DNA of 64,000 nt from an uncultured Alphaproteobacteria bacterium (GCA_949156565.1 CASCZI010000004.1:65110-129109), one strand, 5' to 3'. Shown: positions 10,039 through 19,691, counted from the stretch's first letter. A program made the numbers and translations. The notes: generated by a model not told the origin, from the letters alone.

Positions 10039-11211
10039 ATGTCAAAAAAAAGCACCAGATCCAATCAAATCGGTCAGACAAAGCGGTCAACGGATAACAT
10101 GATTGACGACGCAATTGCACAACAAAATTCATGGATGGAACGTCGGCGTGCGTTTGCGAACAAATTTTTGCGTCGATTAAATGTATTTGCAAAACCGGCG
10201 CCGGAAAAAAAAGTCGTTGGGCGTCCAGCGGTTCGTGCCGATGTGGCCCATCCGGTTGTTTCAGAACCGCGGCATGGAATTTTGCGTGCCTATTGGTTTC
10301 CGATTGTATGTGCGATTGTGGTTATCTTTATCGCTGTGTGGGTGGCGTTTATTCGTGGATCGGCCCCGGTCCATGTTGTGGTACCAACAACCCCGGAACC
10401 GGTTATGCGTGTTGTGCCGGCCGCGGTTGATGTTCCAACGTTTGATTTGGTTCGTGTGGAACGTGGCGGGACAATTATCGTTGCCGGTCGGTGGTTGGCC
10501 AACAAAAATATTTCTGTGATTATTGATGAAAAAATCGTTGCCACCATGACAACCAATGCGCGTGGCGAATTTGTCTATGCCCCGATGCGGCCACTAGATG
10601 CGGGGAATTATACATTGGCATTGGCGGGAAATGATCCCGATATTAAATCCAAGGACAAAGTCTTTTTATATGTTTCGCCCCATGGGTATGAAAATTCAGT
10701 GTCATTATTAATGACCGCCGATGGCAGTACGTTGTTACAATCCCCGCGTTTGGTGGATGGTGATTTGGCCGTGTCCAAGATTGATTATTTGGCGGGCGGG
10801 CGCATTGTCGTTACGGGTGACGCATTGCCACGGTTGCGCGTATCGTTGACATTAAACGACCGGTATTTGGGTTTTGCCCGTGTGTCGGATAATCATCATT
10901 TTGGCCTGGGGGCGGATGTGGGTGAATTAAAGCCGGGTGAAACATACATCTTGGATGTACGTTTGCACGATGGCGACGGTCGGACGGTTGCCACGATTTC
11001 CCATCGCTTTGTCATGCCACGGGCCACGGGGCGTGACGATACATTCTATACCGTGCGACGGGGCGATTGTTTGTGGATTATTGCCCGCAACTTTATGCGT
11101 CGTGGTGTATTATTTAGCATTATTGCCCAAAAGAACAAAATCGAAAATCCAGACCTGATTTTTCCGAAACAGGTTTTACAAATCCCGGTGGGTGAAAAAA
11201 ATGACCATTAA
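10039..11211 (+). CDS. membrane-anchored protein with a C-terminal LysM peptidoglycan-binding domain
   Basis: There is a TM helix near residue 90. The C-terminal YTVRRGDCLWIIARNF...IENPDLIFPKQVLQIP segment is LysM. Confidence 0.7.
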   Translation: MSKKSTRSNQIGQTKRSTDNMIDDAIAQQNSWMERRRAFANKFLRRLNVFAKPAPEKKVVGRPAVRADVAHPVVSEPRHGILRAYWFPIVCAIVVIFIAVWVAFIRGSAPVHVVVPTTPEPVMRVVPAAVDVPTFDLVRVERGGTIIVAGRWLANKNISVIIDEKIVATMTTNARGEFVYAPMRPLDAGNYTLALAGNDPDIKSKDKVFLYVSPHGYENSVSLLMTADGSTLLQSPRLVDGDLAVSKIDYLAGGRIVVTGDALPRLRVSLTLNDRYLGFARVSDNHHFGLGADVGELKPGETYILDVRLHDGDGRTVATISHRFVMPRATGRDDTFYTVRRGDCLWIIARNFMRRGVLFSIIAQKNKIENPDLIFPKQVLQIPVGEKNDH

Positions 11212-11857
11212 TGAAAATAATTGTCCCGATGGGAATGATGCCTGCGGGTGCATAAATCCCAAAAATGCGCCCGGGAACAAAAGCAAGAAGAGCATATATA
11301 GTCACAAATACTATATTAAAAATCGGGATAAAATAAAAGCGGCGTCTGCCGCATACGCGGCCCAGAATAAAGAAAAAGTGAGTGCACGTCATCATGAATA
11401 TGCCATCAAGAACAAGGAACGTCTTGGTGAATATCAACGATCTTATTATATTAAAAATAAGGATAAGATAAAAGCGGCGGCGGTGGCGGCATATGCGGGC
11501 AAGAACAAAGAAAAACATCTGGAGATGATGCGTAAGAACAGACAACGTTATGCCGAACAAAATGCACGTGCGCGTGAAATGTGTCCGGCGTTTATGTTCC
11601 TTTTGCAATTACGGATGACGGATATACGGCTTTATCAGACACGGTACAAGATTCATGACAACATTGTGAATCGGGCCATCAAAAAATGCGCGGCATTGCA
11701 ATCTGGCGACGCCAATTTATGTCCATTGGTTGCAGGCGACATGAAAAACGACCATGTACGTCAACAATGTGTCATACCGCACGTCTTTGAATTCACCCGG
11801 GCTGTTGACCGAATTACATACTTTGCCGGGAAATTAAAAAAATCCATTGCGAAATAA
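11201..11857 (+). CDS. Lys-rich hypothetical protein with internal tandem repeats
   Basis: The 22-aa repeats KNRDKIKAASAAYAAQNKEKV and KNKDKIKAAAVAAYAGKNKEK are present. Its start overlaps the end of the LysM gene. Confidence 0.45.
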   Translation: MTINENNCPDGNDACGCINPKNAPGNKSKKSIYSHKYYIKNRDKIKAASAAYAAQNKEKVSARHHEYAIKNKERLGEYQRSYYIKNKDKIKAAAVAAYAGKNKEKHLEMMRKNRQRYAEQNARAREMCPAFMFLLQLRMTDIRLYQTRYKIHDNIVNRAIKKCAALQSGDANLCPLVAGDMKNDHVRQQCVIPHVFEFTRAVDRITYFAGKLKKSIAK

Positions 11858-11922
11858 AGAGTGGATCTTTTTTCCTATATTTGATAAAATAAATGCATAT
11901 CAATAAACCAAAGGAATATAAA

Positions 11923-12333
11923 ATGGCAATGGTGTTTTGTGTGGAATGTGGGAAAAAGATTAGTGATCGTGCCTTGGCCTGTCCAGAATGTGGGGCGCCC
12001 AACCGGGCGAACGTTATGATCGCGGGCGAAAAGAAATGGTGGGTGGCGTTTATCTTGTGCTGGATGGTTGGTGTGGTGGGTGGTCACCGTTATTACCTGC
12101 GCCAGACGACCAGTGCGGTGATTATGACAATCCTGACCTGCACGATATTCGGTATTTTCATTACGTCCATCTGGGCGCTGGTGGATTTGATCATCCTGTT
12201 GTGTCATGCGGGGGACGATGCATGGGTTAACCAGGTGGCTGGAATCAGGCCTGTTGTTGAAAAGGTATCGCGTACATCTGGGGCGAAAAAAAAGACGGTA
12301 TCCAAACCTGTGGCCCGGAAAAAGGCGAAATAA
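11923..12333 (+). CDS. TM2-domain membrane protein with an N-terminal zinc-ribbon
   Basis: Has the CVECGKK...CPECG zinc-ribbon. The TM2-like pair of helices is WWVAFILCWMVGVVGGHRYYL...IFGIFITSIWALVDLI. An SD (aagga) lies 7 nt upstream. Confidence 0.65.
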   Translation: MAMVFCVECGKKISDRALACPECGAPNRANVMIAGEKKWWVAFILCWMVGVVGGHRYYLRQTTSAVIMTILTCTIFGIFITSIWALVDLIILLCHAGDDAWVNQVAGIRPVVEKVSRTSGAKKKTVSKPVARKKAK

Positions 12334-12359
12334 AGAATGGCGGATTTACCCGCCATTTA

Positions 12360-12977
12360 TTATTTCAAATTTTTAATCAGTTTCATCAGGTATTCGTACA
12401 ATTTATCGGCGGCGGACGAAACGGCGTCATCCCAATCGTCCCCGCCCGCGGCATCCAATCCGTCGGTGATGTATTTGACCGCGATAAAGGGGACGTTTTC
12501 CATTGTGCATACGCGCGCCAGGGCATAGGCCTCCATCTCTACCACGTCGATGGGGGCGCGTACGGATTGTGTGGTGACGAAACTGTCGCCACTGCCGCAG
12601 ATGCCGTCGGGCAAATCGGTGACATACCGGGCATGTTCCAAAATGGCGCCGCATGTGTCGCCCGGCGTTGTACCGTGTTCGTATCCGATCATGGTGCAAT
12701 CCATGTCCCGTTGAATAAACCGGTGACAGGCAACCAGTGAATGCCTGGGGTGGTGACGGCTGCCCGCGCTGCCCAGATTAATGACATATTTCGGCATTTT
12801 GCCGGCGTGTCTTAGATCGGCCAGACGCCGCGTCAGGGCATAGGTGGCGTTGACTTTGCCCACGCCCGTCAGCAACAGGTTCGGCAATTGTCTCAGATCG
12901 TCGTTCAGTTCGTCGGGATGGGCGACGACAACCAAAACGTCATCTGTGGTGATGGGATTGCGTTGGGTATGGGACAT
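12360..12977 (-). CDS. mtnN: 5'-methylthioadenosine/S-adenosylhomocysteine nucleosidase (PNP/UDP phosphorylase family)
   Basis: PNP_UDP_1-type fold motifs are present: VVVAHPDEL...GVGKVNA...EMEAYALARVC. Confidence 0.7.
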   Translation of the reverse strand: MSHTQRNPITTDDVLVVVAHPDELNDDLRQLPNLLLTGVGKVNATYALTRRLADLRHAGKMPKYVINLGSAGSRHHPRHSLVACHRFIQRDMDCTMIGYEHGTTPGDTCGAILEHARYVTDLPDGICGSGDSFVTTQSVRAPIDVVEMEAYALARVCTMENVPFIAVKYITDGLDAAGGDDWDDAVSSAADKLYEYLMKLIKNLK

Positions 12978-13147
12978 GGTAAGACCTTAATTTTTTAAAG
13001 CTTGAACTTTTCTTTTAAGCATTTTGTATTTTTTAACTGTATCAGGAAATGGAAAATCATCACGCATTTATTCAATCCATAAATGTCTTTTGGCAAAGGA
13101 ATTGTTATCTCAAATGCTTCTTGGTAAATTCACGCCCCGCACCGGAT

Positions 13148-13363
13148 TTAAGATTTTTCGAAATGGGCCGCTTTTTCTTTACTGGCCAGGGCGAAATAAG
13201 ACAAAACTTTCCATGGAACGAATTTGGATGTATGGGGAACATGGCCGGCATTATGATATTTTAGTCGTTCTTTTAAATTTGATGTCATGCCTGTGTAATA
13301 CTGATCGGGATAAGATATACTCTGCAAAATATAGACATAATGCATATTTTTGCCATCCTGCAT
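13148..13363 (-). CDS. GIY-YIG nuclease-family small protein
   Basis: The motifs YVYILQS...YYTGMTSNLKERLKYHNAG...HTSKFVPWKV form a GIY-YIG core. It lies immediately 3' of tRNA-Gly on the same strand, and the longer 122-aa ORF in the track reads through the tRNA. Confidence 0.7.
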   Translation of the reverse strand: MQDGKNMHYVYILQSISYPDQYYTGMTSNLKERLKYHNAGHVPHTSKFVPWKVLSYFALASKEKAAHFEKS

Positions 13364-13436
13364 TTCATTCCGGCGGGCAGCCCGTTCGGCACGCTCATTC
13401 GGCTTGCCAGCCGGAGTTCGCTTGCGAACATAGGCT

Positions 13437-13509
13437 GGTGCGGGCGAAGGGAATCGAACCCTCGTCTTCAGCTTGGGAAGCTGACGTGCTACCATTATAC
13501 CACGCCCGC
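13437..13509 (-). tRNA. tRNA-Gly (anticodon CCC)
   Basis: The reverse complement folds as a cloverleaf with acceptor GCGGGCG/CGCCCGC, anticodon loop TTCCCAA, T-loop TTCGATT and an encoded CCA. Confidence 0.85.
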
Positions 13510-13640
13510 ATGTCAAACCAATGATGGGGTGATTCTATACCATGTCGACGCAAATGTCCAGTACAAAAATTTATCGTTGCAATTTCGTTTTTTCGGCTAT
13601 AAATTTATAAATGCTTTATGCAGACAGGAGAAAAATAAAA

Positions 13641-14894
13641 ATGAGCAATGAAAATTTAAATCCGTTAACCGCGGCCCAACAACGTGTAAAGAGTGCGTGT
13701 GACACATTGGGGTTGTCGGCGTCGGTATATGAAATTTTAAAAAATCCAATGCGGACGTTCGAGGTTCAAATTCCAGTAAAAATGGACGATGGATCCATTC
13801 GTGTCTTTACCGGATATCGGGCCCAACACAACACCGCCATTGGTCCGTCCAAGGGGGGCGTGCGTTTCCATCCCATGGTAACCAAAGACGAAGTGGCCGC
13901 ATTGTCTATATGGATGACATTTAAATGTGCGGTCACGGGTATTCCCTATGGCGGGGGCAAAGGGGGGATTATCGTTGATCCCAAAGAATTATCGGCGGGC
14001 GAACTGGAACGGTTGTGCCGCGGATATGTCGATGCGATTTATCCGATTTTGGGCGAAAAGCGGGACGTCCCTGCCCCCGACGTTAACACCAACAGTCAAA
14101 TTATGTCATGGATGATCGATGAATACATCAAGTTGTCGGGCGAAGAATCCTTTGGTACGTTCACCGGTAAACCGGTTGAATTGAACGGATCACGTGGTCG
14201 TACGCGTGCGACGGGACTGGGGATTTCTATTGTCATCGCCCAGGCGTTGGAAAAAATGGGCAAAGACATGCGTGGTGCCACCATTGCCATCCAAGGATTT
14301 GGAAACGTCGGATCCTTTACCGCGAAATGTTCACACGACATGGGGGCGAAAATTGTTGCGATTGCCGAATGGAACACAACACTTTATAACGAAAACGGCA
14401 TTGATATTGATGCGTTAATGGCGTACAAGGCCGAAAACAAAGGCAGTATCAAGGATTTCCCGGGTGCGACCGAAATTGATATAAATACGTTTTGGGGATT
14501 GAATGTGGATGTGTTGTCGCCGTGTGCGATGGAAAACACCATTAATGCCGAAACCGCCCCGTTGATCAAAACCAACCTGGTTGTCGAAGGCGCAAACGGT
14601 CCAACCACGATTGACGGTGAGAAAATCTTGTTGGATGCCGGTGTGACCGTTGTTCCCGATATCTTGGCAAACGCCGGTGGGGTGACGGTGTCGTACTTTG
14701 AATGGGTACAAAACCGTTATGGCTATTATTGGGGCGAGGCAGAGGTCGAAGAAAAAGAACAAATCGCGATGAAAGATGCCTTTGATGCGATTTATAAGAT
14801 CAAAACCGAATACAACGTTTCCATGCGCGAAGCGGCGTATATGCATTCGATCAAACGGGTGGCCGCGGCCATGAAATGGCGTGGTTGGTATTAA
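13641..14894 (+). CDS. gdhA: NAD(P)-specific glutamate dehydrogenase
   Basis: Glu/Leu/Phe/Val dehydrogenase signatures KGGVRFHP and GIPYGGGKGG, plus a Rossmann GFGNVG motif. An SD (aggag) precedes the ATG at 13641. Confidence 0.9.
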   Translation: MSNENLNPLTAAQQRVKSACDTLGLSASVYEILKNPMRTFEVQIPVKMDDGSIRVFTGYRAQHNTAIGPSKGGVRFHPMVTKDEVAALSIWMTFKCAVTGIPYGGGKGGIIVDPKELSAGELERLCRGYVDAIYPILGEKRDVPAPDVNTNSQIMSWMIDEYIKLSGEESFGTFTGKPVELNGSRGRTRATGLGISIVIAQALEKMGKDMRGATIAIQGFGNVGSFTAKCSHDMGAKIVAIAEWNTTLYNENGIDIDALMAYKAENKGSIKDFPGATEIDINTFWGLNVDVLSPCAMENTINAETAPLIKTNLVVEGANGPTTIDGEKILLDAGVTVVPDILANAGGVTVSYFEWVQNRYGYYWGEAEVEEKEQIAMKDAFDAIYKIKTEYNVSMREAAYMHSIKRVAAAMKWRGWY

Positions 14895-14898
14895 AAAA

Positions 14899-14922
14899 AT
14901 CCCCCACTTGGGGGATTTTTTT
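14899..14922 (+). terminator. intrinsic terminator after gdhA
   Basis: The hairpin atcccccacttgggggat with a T7 run, followed by an aagttcagggtgcaag motif. Confidence 0.7.
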
Positions 14923-14956
14923 AAGTTCAGGGTGCAAGGTTTAAATCCCCCAGGGG

Positions 14957-15181
14957 TTGAAGATGTTGATTTTAACCAATGTATTGCTATTTTCACCGGG
15001 TGCCGCGGTGAATTTTGTCTTGGTAATGGGAATTGTCGCCATGGCATTGGTTGGTATGGTGTGGGATGTCGGCGTTCGCTATGTTTTTGGGCTTGCGACG
15101 GTTTTCGTCTTGGTTCAGACAATTTTGGCGTGGCGGCTGATTGCAATGCGGCACGCCCAGCAAATCGACAAAATCATTTGA
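14957..15181 (+). CDS. small two-helix membrane protein (hypothetical)
   Basis: A 74-aa, strongly hydrophobic ORF. Coding status is uncertain. Confidence 0.3.
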   Translation: MKMLILTNVLLFSPGAAVNFVLVMGIVAMALVGMVWDVGVRYVFGLATVFVLVQTILAWRLIAMRHAQQIDKII

Positions 15182-15350
15182 CATTCGGTGAACTTTGGTT
15201 CATAATGGGCACGCAAATCCCAAAGATTGCCATTTAAATCATCCCAGTGTGCGGTATGCACATGGAACATCATCCGGCGAGTGTTCGCCCATGATGGCGG
15301 TTTTTATATTGGTTTCGGCGGGCCCGATTTAATTGTCAAAGGAGTATAAA

Positions 15351-15818
15351 ATGGCAACAGTTATTAGATTGGCGCGTTTTGGTGCGAAAAAGCGGCCGTA
15401 TTATCACATTGTTGTGACGGATTCACGTAACGCCCGTAATTCAGGGAATGTTTTGGAAACAGTCGGAAAATATGACCCGATGCAACCCAAAGACAGCGAC
15501 AAGCGCGTTGTTCTGAAAATTGACGAGGTTAAGGCATGGATGGCCAAGGGTGCCAAGCCGTCTGATCGCGTATATAAATTCTTGGCCAATGCCGGATTGG
15601 TTGAAAAAAAGCCGGTTCCAGTTCAGACCAAGAAACATCTGCAATCTGAAAAGACCCAGATGAAGATTAAGGACAAGGCAGATAAATTAGCCAAGGCCGC
15701 AGAAGAAAAAGCAGCCGCCGAAGCGGCCGCCAAAGAAGCCGAAGCCGCCGCGGCTGAAACACCGGCCGAAGAAGCCACCGCAGAAACACCTGTGGCGGAT
15801 GCCCCGGTTGCCGAATAA
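15351..15818 (+). CDS. rpsP: 30S ribosomal protein S16 with an Ala/Glu/Lys-rich C-terminal extension
   Basis: The N-terminus is MATVIRLARFGAKKRPYYHIVV. An SD (aaggag) lies 7 nt upstream. Confidence 0.9.
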   Translation: MATVIRLARFGAKKRPYYHIVVTDSRNARNSGNVLETVGKYDPMQPKDSDKRVVLKIDEVKAWMAKGAKPSDRVYKFLANAGLVEKKPVPVQTKKHLQSEKTQMKIKDKADKLAKAAEEKAAAEAAAKEAEAAAAETPAEEATAETPVADAPVAE

Positions 15819-15863
15819 GGGTTTGAAAACGCCCGGGGATATATACCGGGCGTTCAGATATCA

Positions 15864-16343
15864 ATGGTCACAATGACAGAAAACCGAAAAATTTTGGTTG
15901 GGAAAATCGTCGCCCCCCAGGGTATTCGCGGGGATGTGCGTGTTCAAACGTACACGGCATCACCAATGGATTTGAAACAGCTTAAAATTCAAAGTTCAAA
16001 GTTCGGCGAAGATGATTTTCATTTTATCCGGCGCCTTAACCCGACGTCGGACGTGATTGTGGCGCATATTGCGGGATATGACGATCGTACGGCGGCGGAA
16101 TCGTTGCGCGGTGTGGAATTGGTTATTGATCGCGATGCCCTGCCTGATGCGGGTCCGGGTGAATATTATCAGGCGGATCTGATCGGGTTTTCTGTGTGGC
16201 GGGCCGGCCGTGACATGGGGCGGATTATCGGTTTTCAGAATTTTGGTGCCGGTGATATTATGGAATTGGATAACGGCGAAATGATTTCTTTTATGGGCGC
16301 CGATGTTGATATGGTTCAAAAAATAATTCGGGTGGATGAATGA
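15864..16343 (+). CDS. rimM: 16S rRNA processing protein RimM
   Basis: Contains ILVGKIVAPQGIRGDVRV and a PRC-barrel C-terminal region. Confidence 0.85.
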   Translation: MVTMTENRKILVGKIVAPQGIRGDVRVQTYTASPMDLKQLKIQSSKFGEDDFHFIRRLNPTSDVIVAHIAGYDDRTAAESLRGVELVIDRDALPDAGPGEYYQADLIGFSVWRAGRDMGRIIGFQNFGAGDIMELDNGEMISFMGADVDMVQKIIRVDE

Positions 16344-16397
16344 CCCCATATTCATACCCTTTGGAGCAGAGAATGTAAAGACCACAAAGGTGTGAAA

Positions 16398-16754
16398 ATG
16401 AAAAATGAAATAAGAAAAGATTTGACTTTAAAGTTCGGCAAAACGGATGTTTTCCATTCATTCCCCGTTGCATTTTATACAGCATATATTGCCGGCGTTT
16501 ATATCCCGTATAAAAAATGGGTTGGCGAAAAATGCAGTTGTGTTTTCGTATGCCCAAAATTTAAGACCTTTGCCATGGATAAGTGGGGCATACGGACTAT
16601 TCCGAGGGATGCCCAATGTCCCTATGTCGCGGGACCATGCAGTGGGGCGCATTGGTATGTGCGGGATATGGATAAATACGTCGATGGTGAAAAACTTCGC
16701 CGCCGGATTTCGCCAATCAGCTTGTATACCAGCAGCCATCAAAAATCGTATTAA
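16398..16754 (+). CDS. hypothetical Cys-containing protein inserted in the rpsP-rplS operon
   Basis: An SD (aaagg) lies 7 nt upstream. It is on the same strand as the operon and has no known motif. Confidence 0.45.
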   Translation: MKNEIRKDLTLKFGKTDVFHSFPVAFYTAYIAGVYIPYKKWVGEKCSCVFVCPKFKTFAMDKWGIRTIPRDAQCPYVAGPCSGAHWYVRDMDKYVDGEKLRRRISPISLYTSSHQKSY

Positions 16755-16786
16755 AGTCACCGTTTCGCGACAAGAAAGGCAATAAG

Positions 16787-17104
16787 ATGAAACAAAATTT
16801 GACTTATAACGATTTTACAATTGAACAAAAGGTTCCGTTAAAGTGTGCGTGTTCAAAGAGTATGCGTGATTTACACACGCCTTGTCCAATTGGGGGGATT
16901 TTTCGTGGCGAACCGTGTCGTATTATTCAAACCAGGATTGTTCATGCCAAACATGATATGGAACCGACGCAACAATCATTTTATATCACATTACCAGGCC
17001 CCAGAAAGTTAGATCATATTAATGTGGTCAATAAATATTTTGCAGATTTATCCCATGTGATACAGGCATGCCCATTTAATAAAATTGCCAATGTGCGATC
17101 ATAA
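16787..17104 (+). CDS. hypothetical small Cys-containing protein
   Basis: An SD (gaaagg) lies 7 nt upstream of the ATG. The product is 105 aa. Confidence 0.45.
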   Translation: MKQNLTYNDFTIEQKVPLKCACSKSMRDLHTPCPIGGIFRGEPCRIIQTRIVHAKHDMEPTQQSFYITLPGPRKLDHINVVNKYFADLSHVIQACPFNKIANVRS

Positions 17105-17190
17105 TGGTGTGTGATTAAAAAACTGTTTTGTATAGATCACAGATTTATGATATCATCGGACGGTCAAAATGTAAGAAAAAGGAAAATAAA

Positions 17191-17418
17191 ATGAAACAAA
17201 TTTATTTTTTGAATCATCATATTTGTCATGTGGAAAATTGCACAGAATCCTTGGCCAATTGTCCGGTTATTAAATATGCCTATGATAATGGGTATAATTA
17301 TCGCATTAATGGGGGTGCAATACAAATTGATCCCCAGCGTGCAAAAATCCCCGTGGTCGATTTTGTGCATTCTGTGATGGCGGCATGTCATGCATGTTCG
17401 AACGCCAGAAAACGATAA
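17191..17418 (+). CDS. hypothetical small Cys/His-rich protein
   Basis: An SD (aaaaagga) lies 7 nt upstream of the ATG. The 75-aa product contains CHVENC...CPV...CHAC. Confidence 0.45.
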   Translation: MKQIYFLNHHICHVENCTESLANCPVIKYAYDNGYNYRINGGAIQIDPQRAKIPVVDFVHSVMAACHACSNARKR

Positions 17419-17673
17419 AATATACAGAAAATGTAATTTATGGCCAACCGCAATATTATCATCAATTATACCATACCAAAAACATTTGTCTTGGCCGGCA
17501 AATCGGGTCATGTTGATGTGCCCCGGCCGCGGTGCCCCCATACCAATGGACGATGCGTTGGGACCAATTGGTGGGACCGTGATAAAGCAAAGGTAACATA
17601 CTAGCGTGGTATGCCGGTGACAATGCATCTGGTGCCATGGTTAATGAACGCCCATGATCAACGGTAAAAGAAA

Positions 17674-18372
17674 ATGCACTTTCATATACTGACCATTTTT
17701 CCAGAAATGTTTCCCGGCACCTTGGGTGGTGGGGTGGTTGGGCGCGCATTGGCCGCCGGGAAATGGTCGTATGACGTGACGAATATTCGTGACTTTGCCA
17801 TTAATCATTATGGCAGTGTTGATGACGAACAATTCGGCGGCGGGGTTGGTATGGTGATGCGTGCCGACGTTTTGGGGGCGGCACTGGATTCGATTAAAAA
17901 TCCGGGAAAAATTATCTATTTTTCGCCACGCGGCCCAACATTAAACCAACAAATGGTGCGGGGGTTTGCCGCCGCGACGGATGACGCGAATGGGGGGACG
18001 TACACCCTGCTCTGTGGTCGGTACGAAGGCATTGACCAACGCGTCATTGATGTGTATAATATTATGGAATTATCCATTGGGGACTATATCCTGTCGGGGG
18101 GCGAAATCGCCGCACAAGTTTTTATTGACAGTTGCGTTCGCGTGATGGATAATGTCCTGGGCGGTGGCAGTGATGCCACGGCCAATGAAAGTTTTGAAAT
18201 CGGGGGGTTGGAATGGCCGTTATATACCCGCCCGTCGGTATGGCGTGGACATAGTGTCCCAGAAGTCCTGCTGTCTGGTCACCACGGCAATATTGAACGG
18301 TGGCGGAAACAACAATCGGACGACATAACATTGGAACGGCGTCCGGACCTAATAAAGGAAAATAAAAAATGA
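17674..18372 (+). CDS. trmD: tRNA (guanine37-N1)-methyltransferase
   Basis: The N-terminus is [13 protein letters not shown] and a SPOUT/TrmD core is present. Its stop overlaps the rplS start. Confidence 0.9.
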   Translation: MHFHILTIFPEMFPGTLGGGVVGRALAAGKWSYDVTNIRDFAINHYGSVDDEQFGGGVGMVMRADVLGAALDSIKNPGKIIYFSPRGPTLNQQMVRGFAAATDDANGGTYTLLCGRYEGIDQRVIDVYNIMELSIGDYILSGGEIAAQVFIDSCVRVMDNVLGGGSDATANESFEIGGLEWPLYTRPSVWRGHSVPEVLLSGHHGNIERWRKQQSDDITLERRPDLIKENKK

Positions 18373-18761
18373 ATGTTATTAAGAAAATCGAAGCAGCCCA
18401 AATCGAAAAATTAAAGGGCAACAAAAATATCCCAAATTTTAAGGCGGGGGATACATTAAAGGTCTATGTAAAGATCAAAGATGGTGACAAATTCCGTATT
18501 CAGATGTTCGAAGGTGTCGTGATCGGTCGTGATGGTGGCAACGGGAACAATGCATCCTTTACGGTGCGTCGTGAATCCTATGGTGTGGGTGTGGAACGTA
18601 AATTCCCGCTGTACAGCCCGGCGATTGAAAAAATAGAAAAGGTTCGTATCGGTCGTGTACGCCGTGCAAAACTGTTCTTCTTGCGTGGGTTGTCTGGGAA
18701 AAAGGCCCGTATCGTCGAAGATCTGGCCGCGACATCTGCCGAAAAGAATGCCGACAAATAA
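18369..18761 (+). CDS. rplS: 50S ribosomal protein L19
   Basis: The L19 sequence matches across the full length. Confidence 0.9.
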   Translation: MNVIKKIEAAQIEKLKGNKNIPNFKAGDTLKVYVKIKDGDKFRIQMFEGVVIGRDGGNGNNASFTVRRESYGVGVERKFPLYSPAIEKIEKVRIGRVRRAKLFFLRGLSGKKARIVEDLAATSAEKNADK

Positions 18762-18765
18762 AAAT

Positions 18766-18792
18766 ACCGCCCATTCGGGCGGATTTTTTTTA
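18766..18792 (+). terminator. intrinsic terminator after rplS
   Basis: The hairpin ccgcccattcgggcgg with a T9 run, followed by acagtgttcagagttcagata. Confidence 0.75.
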
Positions 18793-19005
18793 CAGTGTTC
18801 AGAGTTCAGATAACAGAGATTAAGGTCGGTACCCGTTCTGCGTTCCTGTTCTTTGTTCCTCATTTCCTCACAAAAAACTATGTCTATGGGTTTTGGGACG
18901 TGATCGCCGTCGTGGGGGGGGCGTGTGCGGGGTGTGCGACACATGGTATCGGATGGAATAAGATACAGTTTGACTTATGTTTTGGGGATCTGTACAATAT
19001 TGGGC

Positions 19006-19359
19006 ATGATGAAAAAAATTCTGTTTTGTGTTTTTGCCATGTGTATTGGAACCGCAATGCCGGCACATGCGTATGTTGATCGCGATGTGGCAATGGTACG
19101 CGTTATGAACAAGGCCGCCGGCAAGGTATCCCAAATGACGATTCCGGTGGGTGAAACGCGTGAATTTGAAAAGATCACCATGACGGTTCGTGCATGCAAA
19201 CAAACGGATCCATTCGAAGGTGAAAATTTCTTTATGTTTATTGAAATCGCCGCCACCCCTGATGGTCGTATTTTTAGTGGATGGATGGATCGGAACGAAC
19301 CGGGACAAAACCCATTACAGAATGCGGACTATGACGTATGGTTGGTTGGATGCGAATAA
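19006..19359 (+). CDS. DUF2155-family secreted protein (alphaproteobacterial)
   Basis: Has a signal peptide MMKKILFCVFAMCIGTAMPAHA. The FSGWM...YDVWLVGC C-terminal motif is typical of DUF2155. Confidence 0.65.
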   Translation: MMKKILFCVFAMCIGTAMPAHAYVDRDVAMVRVMNKAAGKVSQMTIPVGETREFEKITMTVRACKQTDPFEGENFFMFIEIAATPDGRIFSGWMDRNEPGQNPLQNADYDVWLVGCE

Positions 19360-19375
19360 AAACGGGGGGATAAAA

Positions 19376-19681
19376 ATGAAAACCATAAAAAAATATCTTA
19401 AAATTTATATTGGGATTGTGGCGTTGTTATTGTGTGGTGCGGTGTTCTTTTTTATTCAACGGGCATCTGATCTGGAAAATGGGAATATGCGTAATTGGAT
19501 ATCGGCGTCCGCAGAACAACGGATGGCCGCGGTGAAAATTCTGATTGGGGGCGAAGAACACGGTGATTTGATGGTCGCATGCATAGATAAAATTGCCACA
19601 TTACCCGACAGTGGTGAAATGGCGGTACGCGATGCGGCATCATTGTGTTATACCGGTATTCAATTGCGGGAAAACCTTTAA
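19376..19681 (+). CDS. small membrane-anchored hypothetical protein
   Basis: An N-terminal TM helix. The product is 101 aa. Confidence 0.4.
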   Translation: MKTIKKYLKIYIGIVALLLCGAVFFFIQRASDLENGNMRNWISASAEQRMAAVKILIGGEEHGDLMVACIDKIATLPDSGEMAVRDAASLCYTGIQLRENL

Positions 19682-19691
19682 CGGGGCGGGT

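Noticed and set aside
13024-13524. A 166-aa plus-strand ORF and a 122-aa minus-strand ORF across the tRNA-Gly locus
   Set aside because: Both read through the tRNA-Gly gene. Only the C-terminal GIY-YIG part of the minus-strand ORF (13148-13363) is credible as coding.
15824-15851. GC hairpin cgcccggggatatataccgggcg after rpsP as an intrinsic terminator
   Set aside because: It is not followed by a T-tract (only TT), and rimM starts 13 nt later in what is normally one operon. It is more likely an intra-operon stem-loop or processing site. It is noted in the findings only because it precedes the GTTCAGATATC block.
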